Of a DNA stretch of 64,000 nucleotides, positions 1 through 16,899 are shown piece by piece (positions within the stretch are counted from its first letter, which is position 1; the number at the start of each line of letters is the position of its first letter). Where the stretch lies: assembly GCF_009914755.1 (NCBI RefSeq), contig NC_060942.1. The stretch is one strand, 5' to 3'. The notes under the pieces are model-generated. The model ran no database searches, was not told the origin of the DNA, and was given only the letters and a program-made list of their open reading frames with translations. The DNA is from the human T2T-CHM13v2.0 reference genome, Homo sapiens. The position numbers and the translations under genes are program-made.

Positions 1-1429
1 CTCATTTTAGCATCACTATGCCATAAACTACATGAGTAAACTGTTTTATTTTCATATATATTTGCATTACCAAGTTGATATATTTTAAAATATATTTAAT
101 GCAAGGTTAACTTTGAATGAAGCCATTTACTACAATCAGAAATTTTAGAGGAAAAAGCAGAAGGGCAATGTCACTATTCCCTTCTCCCTTAAGGTGTCCC
201 TGGTTCTCACACAAATGCTTGAAAAGAGGTGGAACATGGAAAACACAGAAAGACCCTATTTGGCTTTAATACCTTCACTCATAAGTCACTGGAAACCAGT
301 CATAAGGAGGGGTTTCTCTTTCCCTCAGTCTTCTCTCTCTAGGACTCCCAGGACTATCAGCTAGAAAACTGGAATTAGACTATATTGGACATTATGTTAC
401 ACTGAATATTTTTTAGTGTCTGTCATTCTATTTATTCAACTGAATGTATAATATATTCCTAAGAAAGGTAGTTAATTAAATTATCAACCGACAAAAGGGA
501 GATCTAATTCTTTCTTCTGTGTTCCTTCTCTTCCTCTTCCTACCTGCACACGCTCCCTCTCTCTCTCTGTCTCTCTCACTTCTTTTTTCCTTCACATATA
601 TACTCATTCACTCTTAAAAACAAAATTGCCACCATTTCAGGTTTCTTTCCCTATTGTATTTTTCTTCCACAACACAACTGCAGGATGTATCTTTCTATTA
701 TAGAATATTTATTATATAAAATATATTTTTATTCTTCAAAATTATTTTAATAAGTATTTTTATGCATTAAAAATATTATTAAAGATAATTTCTGGTGTTA
801 GAGTGGGCATGGTAAAATGTGTACAATTATACATTGCTGATGGGGATCATTCCAAAAGATTCTTAGGTGGTCACAGAGGTTGAAGCCGCCCTGTGAGACT
901 CAGATTCCCTGCTTCAGCAGGTCCTAGTCTGTGCCCACTTTGGCTTTAGAGTTATAAATACCAGGTGCCAATGTATGAAAATGTGTTGGTGTAAACACAA
1001 CTTTATTTTTTAAAATTGACATGTCATAAAAGAATACCAAAGAGAATATTTTCATAAAAGCACAATAGGAAAAGAGAGGTATACTTACATATTTTGCAGC
1101 CTAAGGAAATGTAATGAGATGGTTGACATTCCTCAATTAAGGAATGTTAAGGGCTTAGTTTTAGGCTGAAGTAAAAATATATTTCTTATGCTTATACTAC
1201 TTTTCTTTGAGTTCATTGCTAACACATTTTCCCCAACTGTTGATATCTCAGAACAGTATTTTTAGTAAAATAAAAAAACAATTTTATTTTATAAAAATGA
1301 GTAAATTTCTAATAGCATAATGTAAACAAAAAAAGTACATGTAACTCCATTTGGATAATATAATCTAAAATATTTTGTGTATTTCTTACTTGTCTTTTTA
1401 TAAATACATATATAATTTGGATATAAATT

Positions 1430-1800
1430 CCTTAAATATACTTTTAAACTAACAATTCGTAGATGTGATTATTTATAATAATTTTTAGTTTTACTCTACA
1501 CCTGTGTCATTAAATATTCTTCTATTGCATGATTTTTCATGGCTGCACACATTTTATTTCATGAATATTCCATGAGTTTCACCATTCCCTTACTACTAAC
1601 AATTAAAATTATTGGAATGTTTTATTATTATAAATAAAATGTCAATAAACAGTATGGTAATAAGTACTCATATTCACTCTAATGATATCTTTAATATAAA
1701 TTAGTAAGAATTGAAATAATGTGTAAAATGATATGAATTTTAAGCCTTTTGAAACATGCTATCAAAGTATCTTCTATTACAATTAAGATACTATTTTCTG
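1430..1800 (-). mobile_element. Ancient L1ME-like 3' fragment
   Basis: Degenerate L1M 3'UTR motifs (atttttcatggctgca...ccattccct...ttattataaataa); boundaries approximate. Confidence 0.45.
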
Positions 1801-1813
1801 TTCTTACAGCAGA

Positions 1814-1853
1814 ACATCCATTCACACACACACATCCATTCACACACACACAT
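1814..1853. repeat. 18-bp tandem duplication / CA microsatellite
   Basis: acatccattcacacacac x2. Confidence 0.85.
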
Positions 1854-2709
1854 CTTTTTAACATAGATAAATTGTTCCCAGTACCTGATTTGATACATAA
1901 TTCTAACCCTGGACCAGAAGTAGACATCTGGCTCAGACATGCCCAGGCAGGCCAGCTGTTTCAGATGGTTGCCTTGGCTCCCACACTGACCCCTTCTTCA
2001 AATACTTCTCAAGGTCTAGTCATCCTCTGGTCATGAACTCCATGGAAGATTATTGCAAAATTGTACAACTGAAAAATAATTCAGGTTAATTAGCTTTCAT
2101 TTTCATTCTGCCCACTGTGTGATGCTTTAAAAGGTTTGCTGCTTTAATTTAAAATCCCTTACAAAAGCAACTGGGCATTTGCCATTTTTTTTTATATCCT
2201 CCAACATTCTGATCCTTTAAACTCTGTCCAACAGCTTTACGTAGCACATGATTCTAATTAAAAGCCTCCACGAATGCTTGATGGCATTACTTTCACCACT
2301 GATTATATCAAAATAAATTGGTTGCTTCATACACTTAAAAATATATTAAAACTTTAAGACATTGGCTTTTTTGCCTCTCCATGTCTTTTCACCAGCATGA
2401 GTTACCTTTAAAAGTAACTATGTGATTTATTCACATATACCTTATAAACACTTAATAATGACAATACTTTATTATCAAAGAAAGTAATGTTTCCAAGATC
2501 AATTTAGCCTCTGACAGTAAAGGGAAATAATTCTACACTATTTCAGACCTTTATCATTTCTTACTAGGATAATTTCAAATGCCAAAATACCTCTACCTTC
2601 CTTGTTGTTGGATGTGTGTGTGTGTGCATGTGTGTCTGTGTGATTGTAGCTTTTAGCTATTTTAAATGCTCAAATGACTTGCTACTGTTGTCTAAAAATT
2701 TATTTTCTT

Positions 2710-2870
2710 AACATACAGTGCAGCGTTTTGGAAAAAACAAAGCTTAGATAGGTAAATTTCCCATTCTCTGACTTGTCAGTTACATAATCCTGGGAAAATT
2801 ATCTTGACCATCGAAATTTAGTTTTTCCATTTATCAATAAGGGTGATGATTACCTTCTATAACTGTGGTA
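2710..2870 (+). mobile_element. MIR fragment
   Basis: MIR-core-like: tcctgggaaaattatcttgacc...tagtttttccatttatcaataagggtgatgattacct. Confidence 0.5.
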
Positions 2871-3721
2871 CTTACCACTCTCTGAAGTTTCATACTATTC
2901 AAGTTAATTTCTCATTCTATTCCTCAATGTATCTCTTTATTTTCATGTGAATATGATGCATCTCCTACTCGTATAATCCCACTCTCAATCTTAAACTAAA
3001 TTTGATACTCCAAGACATAGTGCCTTGGAGTGCCATTTGAAATCCGTATGTCAACCATTATTATTAATTATTATTTTATTTCATACAAGATTTTTGAAAT
3101 TTGGCCCTCACTTTCAAAGCCTACCCTTTGCTTTTATTGTCTCACATCCCATTTACAATTTATGTGTCAGCTACACGAGAATGTTCAACACTCTCACCAC
3201 TGCTTAGCCCTTCTATGCTACTGAACCTGCAGCCCTTTGCATGGCACACTGCCCTTCACCACCTTGGGAAAATTTCTCCTCTATGAAAGTTCTACTCTGT
3301 CCTCGAATATTTTGGATAAACATATATAATAACATTTATTTAAACGTTTATCTTTTAAAATTCAAATACCCTTGTGGAATAAAATACATCAGGTCAGTTT
3401 TTTACATCTCAGCATAAATTAAAATCTTAGCTCCCGCAAGATACTGAAGTTCATGTCTTTAACTCCTTTAGTCCTGTTTTTAGTCTCCGTAGGGTAACTT
3501 GGTATTGGTATTTCCACCTACTGTGGGCTCTGAGTCACAAAGAAAAAAATAACTGAGAGGATCTAACATTTATCAAGTGTGCTTACCACATGAGATTCAC
3601 ACACTAAGGCAATCATATTCTTTTATATTCATCCTTTAACTCTTTATGAAGTCACAGATAAATATTATTAATTATCAATAAAAATTTATAGACATTAGCT
3701 TTAACTCTCAGAAAGATGAAT

Positions 3722-4047
3722 TTACTTTATTTATTTATTTATTTTATCTTACTTTTTTTTTTTTTGAGATGGAGTCTCGCTCTGTTTCCCAGGCTGGAGT
3801 GCAGTGGCATGATCTGAGCTCACTGCAATCTCTGCCTCCCATGTTCAAGTGATCCTCCTGCCTCAGCCTCCCAAGTAGCTGGGTTTACAGGCACGTGCCA
3901 CTGTGCCCAGCTAATTTTTGCATTTTTAATAGAGACAGGGTTTCGCCATGTTGACCAGGTTGGTCTTGAATTCCTGACCTCAGGGGATCCACCCACCTGG
4001 GCTTCCTAAAGTGCTGGGATTACAGGCGTGAGCCACCACACCCAGCC
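3722..4047 (-). mobile_element. AluS (Sx-like), full length
   Basis: T-rich tail, then gagatggagtctcgctctg...gtgagccaccacacccagcc. Confidence 0.97.
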
Positions 4048-5704
4048 TGAATTCAAATTTGCAGGGTCACATAAAGATTAGAATTAAAAAAAATTGAATA
4101 TCATAAAGTTAAAGTTACTCTGTTCTTCTGCTTGTAATTAAAGTATGTACTCTGATTGTTCTTCCTTAAAGCCAGTTCCGGTAGAATATAAAAAAAGTGG
4201 TTAGGTGGCTGCCCATGAAGTTTTCCCAGGACTTCTCATATTTCAATTATAATCTATTCTTAATAACTCTAGAATACTAATAAAGATAAATAGAGAAGAA
4301 TAATAGCAGGCAAAGGTACCATACTGGATAGTTTTTCTCATTGGCTCTAGCAACAATGAAACTTCTAAGATTTTCATTTATTCAGTTGAGCCAAATCAAG
4401 CTGTAAGTATTCCCAAATCGATTTTGAAGAGGACACTATTCTTAAATGAAGTATTATAGCATATGAGTTAATATATCTCATGTAATTATGTAATACATTC
4501 AGAGAAAGAATAAGCATGTAAAATTTATCAAATTATAAATTGTATAGATACACTTTATATATTAAATATCAGAAATTTGCATTTTTGTGCTTTGATTTCA
4601 CAAACATTGATATGTTTGATATGGCTTAGAAAACTTTGTGAGTAGTATTCTGCTAATATTGCCTGGAAAAATACAGGAGATAAAAAAAGACATACAAATG
4701 TTTTCAATAGTTAATTTAGTATTCTTATAAATTATAAAAAGTTTTTCTGCACAAGTCTATTATTAAGAAAATCAAAAACACATATTATGTAAGTATTTTA
4801 CTAAGATGGCTATTTACATTACTTAAACATAATCTGCTGTTTCCTCCCTATAGTTTTTGCTGGAAGTAGTAGTGATAATGTATAGTAACTTCAGTGAGCA
4901 ACACAACATAATTTGAACGTCTTCAATACGAGCCAAATATCTTGATTATATGTGACAATTATGATATTTATTAGTAGCTATGGGATGTGTTCTCTTTCAC
5001 CAGAATGAATTGATATATGTAAAGTACTTATAAATATAGCTGGCACATTGTAGGCTCTTTATAAAGGCCAATAGCTTGATAGCTATTATTATATTAATAA
5101 AAATGCATTTTCTAACACAGGAGACCCAACTGACAATTATTTAGTTTTTTTATTTGCTTAATAAAAATCCAGCTCTGTGGAGGTTACAGTGGCCCAGAAG
5201 TCTCACCCAAACCTTTGTGGCTTTCCATGATTTACTTTGCTATCTATAGACTGTCTATTTTGTTGCCACTTATGATGGCAACATGACCTTAGTAATTTCT
5301 GTCAATGCATGCAGGCATAGTGATGTTGTCATGAAGAATATTTTCTTCTGTGCAGTTTTTTTTTATTAGGGTGGAAAATGTGGATACATTTTCCTTGAAA
5401 AATCAAGAAGATTAAGTTTCTTGCTAACTTCTAAACTAACCACTGTGAAGGAAAATGCCATTTATATGGCTGGCTAAAACCAATAATCATTCTAATAGTT
5501 AAAAGTGCATAGTGTAAAGGTAAACGCTTTAATAATATCAGGCTAAATCAGCAAAGGGTAAGAGAGCTACAGGTGGTGGTGTCAGTAATGGGGTTGTAGC
5601 AGTGGTGAATGGTTCTGGGGTAGGTGGCTGGCAATATCTGCAACAATATTATGAGCAATTCTTAGAATTGCTAATTAAAATTCAACATGCTTCCTACAGT
5701 AGAC

Positions 5705-6132
5705 AGTGTTAGTGCCTCATGTAAAAACCGTGGATCCCCCGTAGGAACTGTGTGACCGCTCCTTAGGCTCTCTGTGCTTTGCTGCTAAAGACTGGCATGG
5801 AAAGTTTAGAGGACAGATTATCTTTTTAGAGCTGAGTTGTCTGTGGACAGCTTATGGCCCATAGCTAATGAATGGTTAGTGGAATACAACAGCTCAGCAC
5901 ACCTGTTTCCCCATAGGACCAACTATAAAGTGCAATTTACCCTCCAGAGCTCCCCATCCAGTCAGACTGAGGCTGGTGCCTCACCTGAAATCATAGCCTT
6001 GCTTGACTTGTTTTTTCCAGTTGTGTTTCCTACACTTTCTGAGTGGTTTCTTTTGGCAGAACTTCTTTATTGCATCACTTGCTCTCAAATCTTGTGTTCA
6101 GATTCTACTTCTGAAGGGCCATTAACTAAGAT
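5705..6132 (+). mobile_element. LTR16-like (ERVL) solo LTR
   Basis: ccctccagagctccccat; 3' end tcacttgctctcaaatcttgtgttcagattctacttctg...aactaaga resembles LTR16. Confidence 0.6.
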
Positions 6133-6300
6133 GGCTTCAGAAAGGTTTATTAACACATTCAATATCTGTCATTTTAAAATAGTAACCAATTATATAAGAA
6201 TCATGTTTAGAACAGTTCTGATTTAATATCAGCACAAAGAAAGCTGATACAATTTAAAAAAATTATCACTTCCTCAGTTTCTTAATTTAAACTTTCATAA

Positions 6301-6620
<320 letters not shown>

Positions 6621-7284
6621 ATGACTAGAATATCTTATATCTTATCATTTATTTATATATTTATCTTTTTTGCTGTTCTGTATGACATAAATATAATTCA
6701 CTAAATTCTCATCTTAAGTCTTGGACACCATAAATCAGATACAAATTATTTTAAAAAGTAAAATAATATAATAGAAATTTTAACACTGTAGCTACTTATA
6801 TATAATCAGTATAAATTATTTTCTAAAACTTTCATATAAATTACAAACATATATAGATTTATAGAAAATAATTGTCTTTTGAATAAAGTGAAACCAGGTA
6901 GTCAATCAAATGGACATATTTTATTTGAGAAAAGTTTATAGTTTTTTCAGCTCAACATTTCTTCTATTTTTTTTAATAGTCTAAGTTCCTAAATCAGATA
7001 TAGCCTTATCAATAAATGACAATCCTCAGTAGCTAAAGTATTATTTCAAGATACAGGCAATGTAAAATATGTTGACATGTTAGAATTTATATAGAGTCCA
7101 GCTCTATACTTTCAGAACACACACAAGTGCTTTGAAATTCATTGAAAAGTTATTTCTTTGGCAAAAAACTCTTGCTTACTCTTCCCCTTCAAGAGAACAG
7201 GATCTAACAAGGTCTATACTCTGAAATTGTTTAAGATCTTTAAAGTCTGTTGTTACTCTTGAAGTAAGACATTTCCTTTGGTGA

Positions 7285-7304
7285 TGACCTCATTGGAAAG
7301 GTCA
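7285..7304. promoter_or_regulatory. Perfect ER8 nuclear-receptor element (candidate)
   Basis: TGACCT-cattggaa-AGGTCA in non-repeat DNA; motif only. Confidence 0.35.
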
Positions 7305-7868
7305 AGGAGTGAATAGGAAATTCTTAGAGATTGAGATGGCATTGCCAATAGAGGGGAGGAAATTACTTACTGCATTATTTTCAAAGGACTTTTTTGTTTG
7401 CAGGTCAGATTAGGGCTTTCCATCCTCTGTTTTTTCCTCCCATTAAGTCTTTCACAAGAACAAAATGTGTTTCTTGCTTGCTTCCCCTGTAATAGGGAGG
7501 AGAGATTCCTATGCCTCATGTGCATTTTCTTCAGATAAATGAGATAAAGAGTAATGATAACTGGTATCTAAAGAAACTGAAATAAAATTTTCTTAAAGTT
7601 ATCCTGGCTTAATATATGTATATGTGATATCAAATATGCTATTTTTAAAAAATATAATTTTATTTGATAATATGCATATAAAATATCCATGTAATTGACT
7701 GTTTCTACTTCTCTTACCCAGCTGTGAGTTAGTACAGAAAAAAAATTCCAATGAATATTTCATTGTGGGATGATTTTACAAGCCATTCATTCATGATTTA
7801 CAAGCAATTCAGTTCCATTAACATAAATTTTGAAGGAAATATGCATATCACAATGATTATAAGAGGGA

Positions 7869-8173
7869 GGGCAGCCTTGGTGGCTCACACCTGTAATCCC
7901 AGCACTTTGGGAGGCTGAGGCAGGCGGATCACCTGAGGTCAGGAGTTCGAGACCAGCCTAGCCTAAATGGCAAAACCCCATCTCTCTCTGTCTCTACTAA
8001 AATACATATATCAGACCAGAAATGGTGGCATGCTCCATAGTCCCCACTACTCGGGAGGCTGAGGCTAGGAGAATTGCTTGAACCCAGGAGGTGGAGGTAG
8101 CAGTGAGCCGAGATCTTACCACTGCACTCCAGCCTGGGCAACAGAGTTAGACCCTGTCTCGGAAAAAAAAAAA
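7869..8173 (+). mobile_element. AluS (Sx-like)
   Basis: ggtggctcacacctgtaatcccagc...A tail; flanking aatgattataa repeat at 7852-7862 and 8172-8182. Confidence 0.97.
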
Positions 8174-8561
8174 TGATTATAACATATTGTTGTAAATCAG
8201 AAATGTAAATATCTTCAATGCAAGGAAAGAAGAAACACACAGACAGTTGATGGAAAAAGGAAGTAACTGATGGAATCAGGAAGATCTTGAAATTGGTGTG
8301 TCATTTGAAACAGAGGACAGTTTTCCTAGAGAACGCCATCCCATCTTCTAATCTTGATAGTCTCATATATTCAATGAGGTGGGCTTAAAAATTGATTAAT
8401 AATAATAATCCAGTTGATCTATAGGCTATAGATATGTGGTAAAATTGAGGGGTTTTTTCCAGATAGTAGCATGTCTTAAATGCCAACCTGCTGTGTGAGC
8501 TTCATTCAGAAAGTGGGAAAAGTGGGGATTTTTGGGAAGAGGGATTGCAGTTTCAAAGCCA

Positions 8562-9283
<722 letters not shown>

Positions 9284-10399
9284 TTAAACACATTTCTGTG
9301 GAATCTTCTTAAAACAGGTATTTCCTATTTTCTACAAATATGATGGTAGTAGGAAACATCCAGAAAAGTTACTATTCTTAAATTACCATGAGTGATTATC
9401 TCAGTTTTCAGTGGAAACTCCTAGGCTCTAGTTGTAAACTGTAGCAATGAATCAGATATGTAATTCCAAATGTGTTCTTATTGCATGAAAGCTTTAACAG
9501 TGCATTTCCATTTGGAAGATACACCAAGAAGGAATTTTTCAAGACCTCAACTTCAGAGAGACCTTTAGGTGAGGATTAAATACTTAATCAGGGAGAAATG
9601 GTGCAGTTCAAAAAGAATTTTTGATTTGGGATTTGACCACTCCTCTTATTTGACAATTTCAAATCATAATGGAGGAAAAATGTTTTTAATAAGGAATATG
9701 TAGTTTTCATTCCTTCAACAAATATTGTAAATAGGAGAAGCTATCAGGAGATGACTTTATTCTGAATTTTTGCGTATGTGTGTGTGTGTGTGTAAATTTA
9801 AATACATTCTTTTTATTGCCAATAAACTTTCTTGCAAGTACCAGTTTTTCCCCAAATGAGATGCAGATGTATAAGTTTCATATGGTAATTTGGTTATAAA
9901 TGAAGATTAAATGCAAAAAAATGCTGTGTTCCTATCTGTGGAAATAATTTTATATGCATGAGGAAAATATAGAGCACAGAAAGCCTTGAGTCAATAGAAA
10001 GTTAGGGAAATAATCACTGTTAAGTAGACACAGCAGGTATAAACTCTGCCGGGAGAATCTTTTTACTTCTACAACTCAGATAAATTGTTTTCAATTAAAA
10101 TTAATTTTCCAAGTAATAATTCTATTTAATGAAGCTATTACTATAGTAGGCAACTTGTCACTGCCAATCTTATTGCAGATAATCTTTATTAGTACCATAC
10201 ATAAGTGTGAACCTCTGCTCAGAAAATCTATTTCTTGGGTGACTCCCAAGAAAATCCTATTTCATTGGAGCTTTCAGTGTAATTTCTACTAGAATTGGTT
10301 CATATTGCTTTGGCCAATGGATAATAATGTAATTAAAGGAAGAAGAGACAGAAAATGGATTTGTTTATATTTACTTCAGAAAAATCTGAGAAGGTGAAA

Positions 10400-11050
10400 A
10401 CCATTTTCTAAGGTCTGGATATGTACTCCTGGCTACATTAGACTATCTCTAATGCTTTTCTTACTTTCTGAATGTTTATTTCTTTTACTACCTTCTCTTT
10501 CTTCTCCTCCCACTGGATTGGAGTAATTCCTCAAGCATTAGTTTTTAGTTTTGTTTTTCTCTGCATTTATTCCGCACAAATTTAATCTGAATGAATGGTT
10601 TCAATGTCTCCTTTATTTGCTGGTATTTTCTCCTGACTGTCCTCAATTTTTTTTTACAAGGAATTTCCAGACTTAATTCTTAAAAGTTCCTTTAAACAAT
10701 TTCCTCAGATTTCTCACTATCATTAAAAATATATACTTGGCTCTAAACCCTTCTTCAACTCCATCAGTGACATAGCAGGTCTCACACCAACGTGATCCAA
10801 AGAAAATTTTAGGGTCACAAACTGCATGTTTCCCACTGACTCCCTACACAATCACTTCAAAACAAACTCAATTTCCTCCTTTGTTTCAATCTTTATTAAT
10901 TGTTTCTGTACAACTTTTGGTGTGTTAAAAATATCTCAGACATTGACAGTTTGTATTTCCTTTATACTTGTACCAAAACTATTTCATACTCAAAGCTTTT
11001 GTATTTGCCCCCCTTGATATGAGTTTTAATTCACTAAAATTCACAGCTGA
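10400..11050 (+). mobile_element. L2 fragment
   Basis: Degenerate pyrimidine-rich L2-like sequence; boundaries approximate. Confidence 0.45.
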
Positions 11051-11113
11051 CAGCATTAATCACTTATTATAAAGTGACAGTAAAAGTTACCTCTCCATCG
11101 TATATAAACAGAG

Positions 11114-11554
11114 TATGATAGTCACAGTTCTCCAGTAAGACACAACTAATAGGGTGTGTGTTGGAGGGGAAAGAGGTTGGGTCACACACATGCAAAGAGA
11201 TTTATAGTAAGGAATTGGCTCATGTCATATGAAGGCTAGTAAGTCCAAAATCTGCAAGGTGAGCTGGCAGAGGAGACTCAGGAAAGCCAGTGGTACAATT
11301 CCAGTCTGAAGGTAGTCTGCTTTAGAGTTCTCTCTTGCTTTGAAGAAACTAGTGATTTCATTCCCTTCAGCCCTTCAACTGATTGAATGAGGCCCACCTA
11401 CATTAACGAGGGCAATCTACTTAACTCAAAGTCTACCAAGTTAAATATTAAACTTATTCAAAAACTCCCCCACACAAATGCTCAGAATAATATTTGACCA
11501 AATTTCTGGGCACCCCATGGCCCAGTAAAATTGACACAAAAATTAATCATTGCA
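11114..11554 (-). mobile_element. MLT2 (ERVL) solo LTR
   Basis: gttctccag...aggaattggctcatg...atgaggcccacc...ttgacacaaaaattaatcat. Confidence 0.88.
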
Positions 11555-11919
11555 ATAAGCTATGTAGACAGCTTCAGACAAACACTTCCTAAAAGGTTTC
11601 ACATCAAGCATAAGTTTCTGGTTATAGACTTAATGAAACAAATCATTGTATATATCAGGAATTTATGAATGAGAAAAAGGGAGAGAGGAGATAGTTCAAG
11701 ACTCTAATACTATAGATATTTCAATTTCCAGTGTAAAGAACATGTGTTACATTCTCCTTATAAAAGAATACTGAGGTGAATAAAGTTACCTTTAAATTAA
11801 AAACCAGTTTACAAATGAGGTTTTGATATAATAAAACTTTTTATTTTACCAGCAAAAGACCTCTCATTAATCTTTATTGCAAAGAAGTTTATAAAATATG
11901 TGCTTTTGTCATTCATTAT

Positions 11920-12281
11920 TGTATTAGTCCATTTTCATGCTACTGTGAAGTAATACCTGAGACTGGGCAATCTATAAAGAAAAGAGATTTAATGGATTCA
12001 CGGTTCCACATGGCTGAGGAGGCCTCCCAATCATGGTGGAAGGTGAAGGAGGAGCAAGGCACGTCTTACATGGTGGCAGGCAAGAGAGCATGTGTAGGGG
12101 AACTGCCCTTTATAAAACCATCAGATCTCATGAGACTTATTCACTACCAGGAGAACAGCATGGGAAAAACCTGCCCTCCTGATTAAATTACCTTTCACTC
12201 GTTCCCTTCCATGGCATGTGGGATTTATGGGAGCTGCAATTCAAGATGAGTTTTGGGTGCGGACACAGCCAAACCATATCA
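11920..12281 (-). mobile_element. THE1 (MaLR) solo LTR
   Basis: tgtattagtcc...cagccaaaccatatca; 5-bp TSD attat. Confidence 0.96.
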
Positions 12282-12782
12282 ATTATATATAGGACACATA
12301 ACTTCCTTTAAATAAATAAATCATGTGCTATTTCTATTTTAAGCAGAAAGAAGGATACTAATGTAACATGAATCTGCAATCTTTCTTGTAGTGATAGCCA
12401 TAATAACTTGCTGGGAAAAATTATGTATGTAATAACATGAGATTTTATGATCTCTCTCTCTCTCTCTCTCTCTGTCTCACTCCCTCCACCCCCCCACTTT
12501 GTAGTAATCTGTGAAGAAAAAATGTGGGTGACAAGATCTTTATAAGGTTCCATCCAAACCTTAGGTTATGTAAGTCTAGCTAAGTTCATTTAATAAATGG
12601 TTACATTTAGTATTTGAAACATCAGATGGCTCATTCAAGTATATAGAAGTGCAAAGCAACAGTGTCACCAACTGTCATCAACTCATCTACTCTAATTCAA
12701 CTTGCTCATTTGTCAACAGAAATGTGGAAATCACCAATGCAAAATCCAGCCAATTTACAACTACTTCAAAAGTAAACACCAA

Positions 12783-14780
<1,998 letters not shown>

Positions 14781-15684
14781 AAGTGTGCACCAAAATGATA
14801 CAGTCCTCAAAAAAGAAATATATAAGATATTTTCATAAAATTTTATGTCAAATTTCCCCTTTAGTTCGACTTTTTAAACTTTCTTAAGTATTTATTTAAA
14901 ATGGGAAACTTCGTTTTTGTTTCATCTAGAGCTTCTATGGACTGGCACTATATATTTAAAATTAAAACAAAAGCCAGTATAGCAAATATACAGCTCTCAG
15001 AACTCCCACCTTATCTGGGTTTGTTCCAGACACTTCCTTATGGTATGGCACTGTGGGGAGCAGATATCCATTGCTAATTAATCACCACTGATATTCAAGA
15101 TAAGACTAATTTGTCTTCCCTGATGTATAATAATCCAGCCAGTTTTATAAATATTTTATTAAAATAAAATGTTTTATTTCCTCAGGAAAAACATTAAAAG
15201 AGGTCTTTAGACTAATTTTGAAATCTAGACATGCCCCAAGGAATAATATCTTCTCGTATATATTTAGTTCCTATAAATTGATGGGGGTATACAAACCAGT
15301 AGCCTAAATAATTAAATTATCTTTTAATAGGTTTATGTCATTATTCATGTTATTTTTATTATATGTTGTACTTAAATATGTTAATAAATATACTTAATAT
15401 TATATTTTAGTTGGAAAAACAATCCAAAGTACCGATATTTTAATGATATATTTTCTAATGCAGCTGCATATGGATGTGTTTGTGTATATACTGAGAGTTA
15501 TTCCTTAGGCCTAAACTGTGCACCGTCAGTAATCAGACGTCTCTCAGCAAGTATAGTATAGCAGCTTGTCAGCTTGGTAGGATAGAAAATCCCTTTGGTA
15601 AGCTGTGACCACCGTTAAATTTCTTTCCCAGATCTCACCATTTGGGTAGATATTGTACAAACTAGGATAAATAGCCTATATTCA

Positions 15685-15835
15685 TTAGTATTTACCATGT
15701 GCTAAATAATTAACATGTATTATATAATTTAATATCTTCAACAACTCTATACAGTACATATTACAGAAAGACCCATGTCACGGATGAGAAAATTTCAACT
15801 TGGAGCTGTTAAGTAGCTTGTCCAAGGTCAATGAT
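15685..15835 (-). mobile_element. MIR
   Basis: acggatgagaaaatt...gttaagtagcttgtccaaggtca. Confidence 0.65.
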
Positions 15836-15944
15836 CATGTTTTAATAGGGTAAAATTATATAAGGTATACAAGTTTGATATGGGTATTCAGCATAGTTGG
15901 ACTAGCATCTGTATGTATCCTCATACCTGTGCCCTCTGATTTTC

Positions 15945-16440
15945 AAGTATGAAATTGAAAAACCAAGATCTTGAATAAGTATCTGCACTCCCCTGTTCAC
16001 TGTAGCATTATTCACATGAGCCAAGATATAAAAACAACCTGAATCTCCATCAATAGATAAATGGATAAAGAAAATGTGTCTGCATGTGCAATGGAATATT
16101 ATACAGACTTACAAAAGAAATAAATCCTGTTATAGGTGACAAAATGGATTAACCCGAAGGACATTATGCTAAGTGAAACAAGCCAGTCGCAGAAGGACAA
16201 ATGCTGCTTGACTCCATTTATACGAAATATCTAAAATCGTCAAACTCAGAAACAGAGCAGAATAGTGGTTATCAAGGACTGTGGAGAAAGGAAATGAGAG
16301 GTTGCTACTTAATGTGTACAAAGTTTCAATTATGCAAGATAAATAAGACCTAGAGATCTACTGCATAACATCGTGCCTATAGTTAACAACACTATACTAT
16401 GCATTTGAAAAGTTGACAGTATGTCTTAACACAATATAGA
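15945..16440 (+). mobile_element. L1MA9/L1MB-like 3' end
   Basis: tatctgcactcccctgttcactgtagcattattcac...gacattatgctaagtgaaa...tagagatctactg. Confidence 0.85.
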
Positions 16441-16494
16441 CAAACAAAATATTTTCTTTGGCAGATTCACATTTTATTATTTGATTTTAATTGA

Positions 16495-16899
<405 letters not shown>

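Noticed and set aside
5837-6226. 129-aa ORF (also the 124-aa ORF at 36293)
   Set aside because: Non-ATG starts; they overlap LTR16-like and L2 relics; no recognisable protein.
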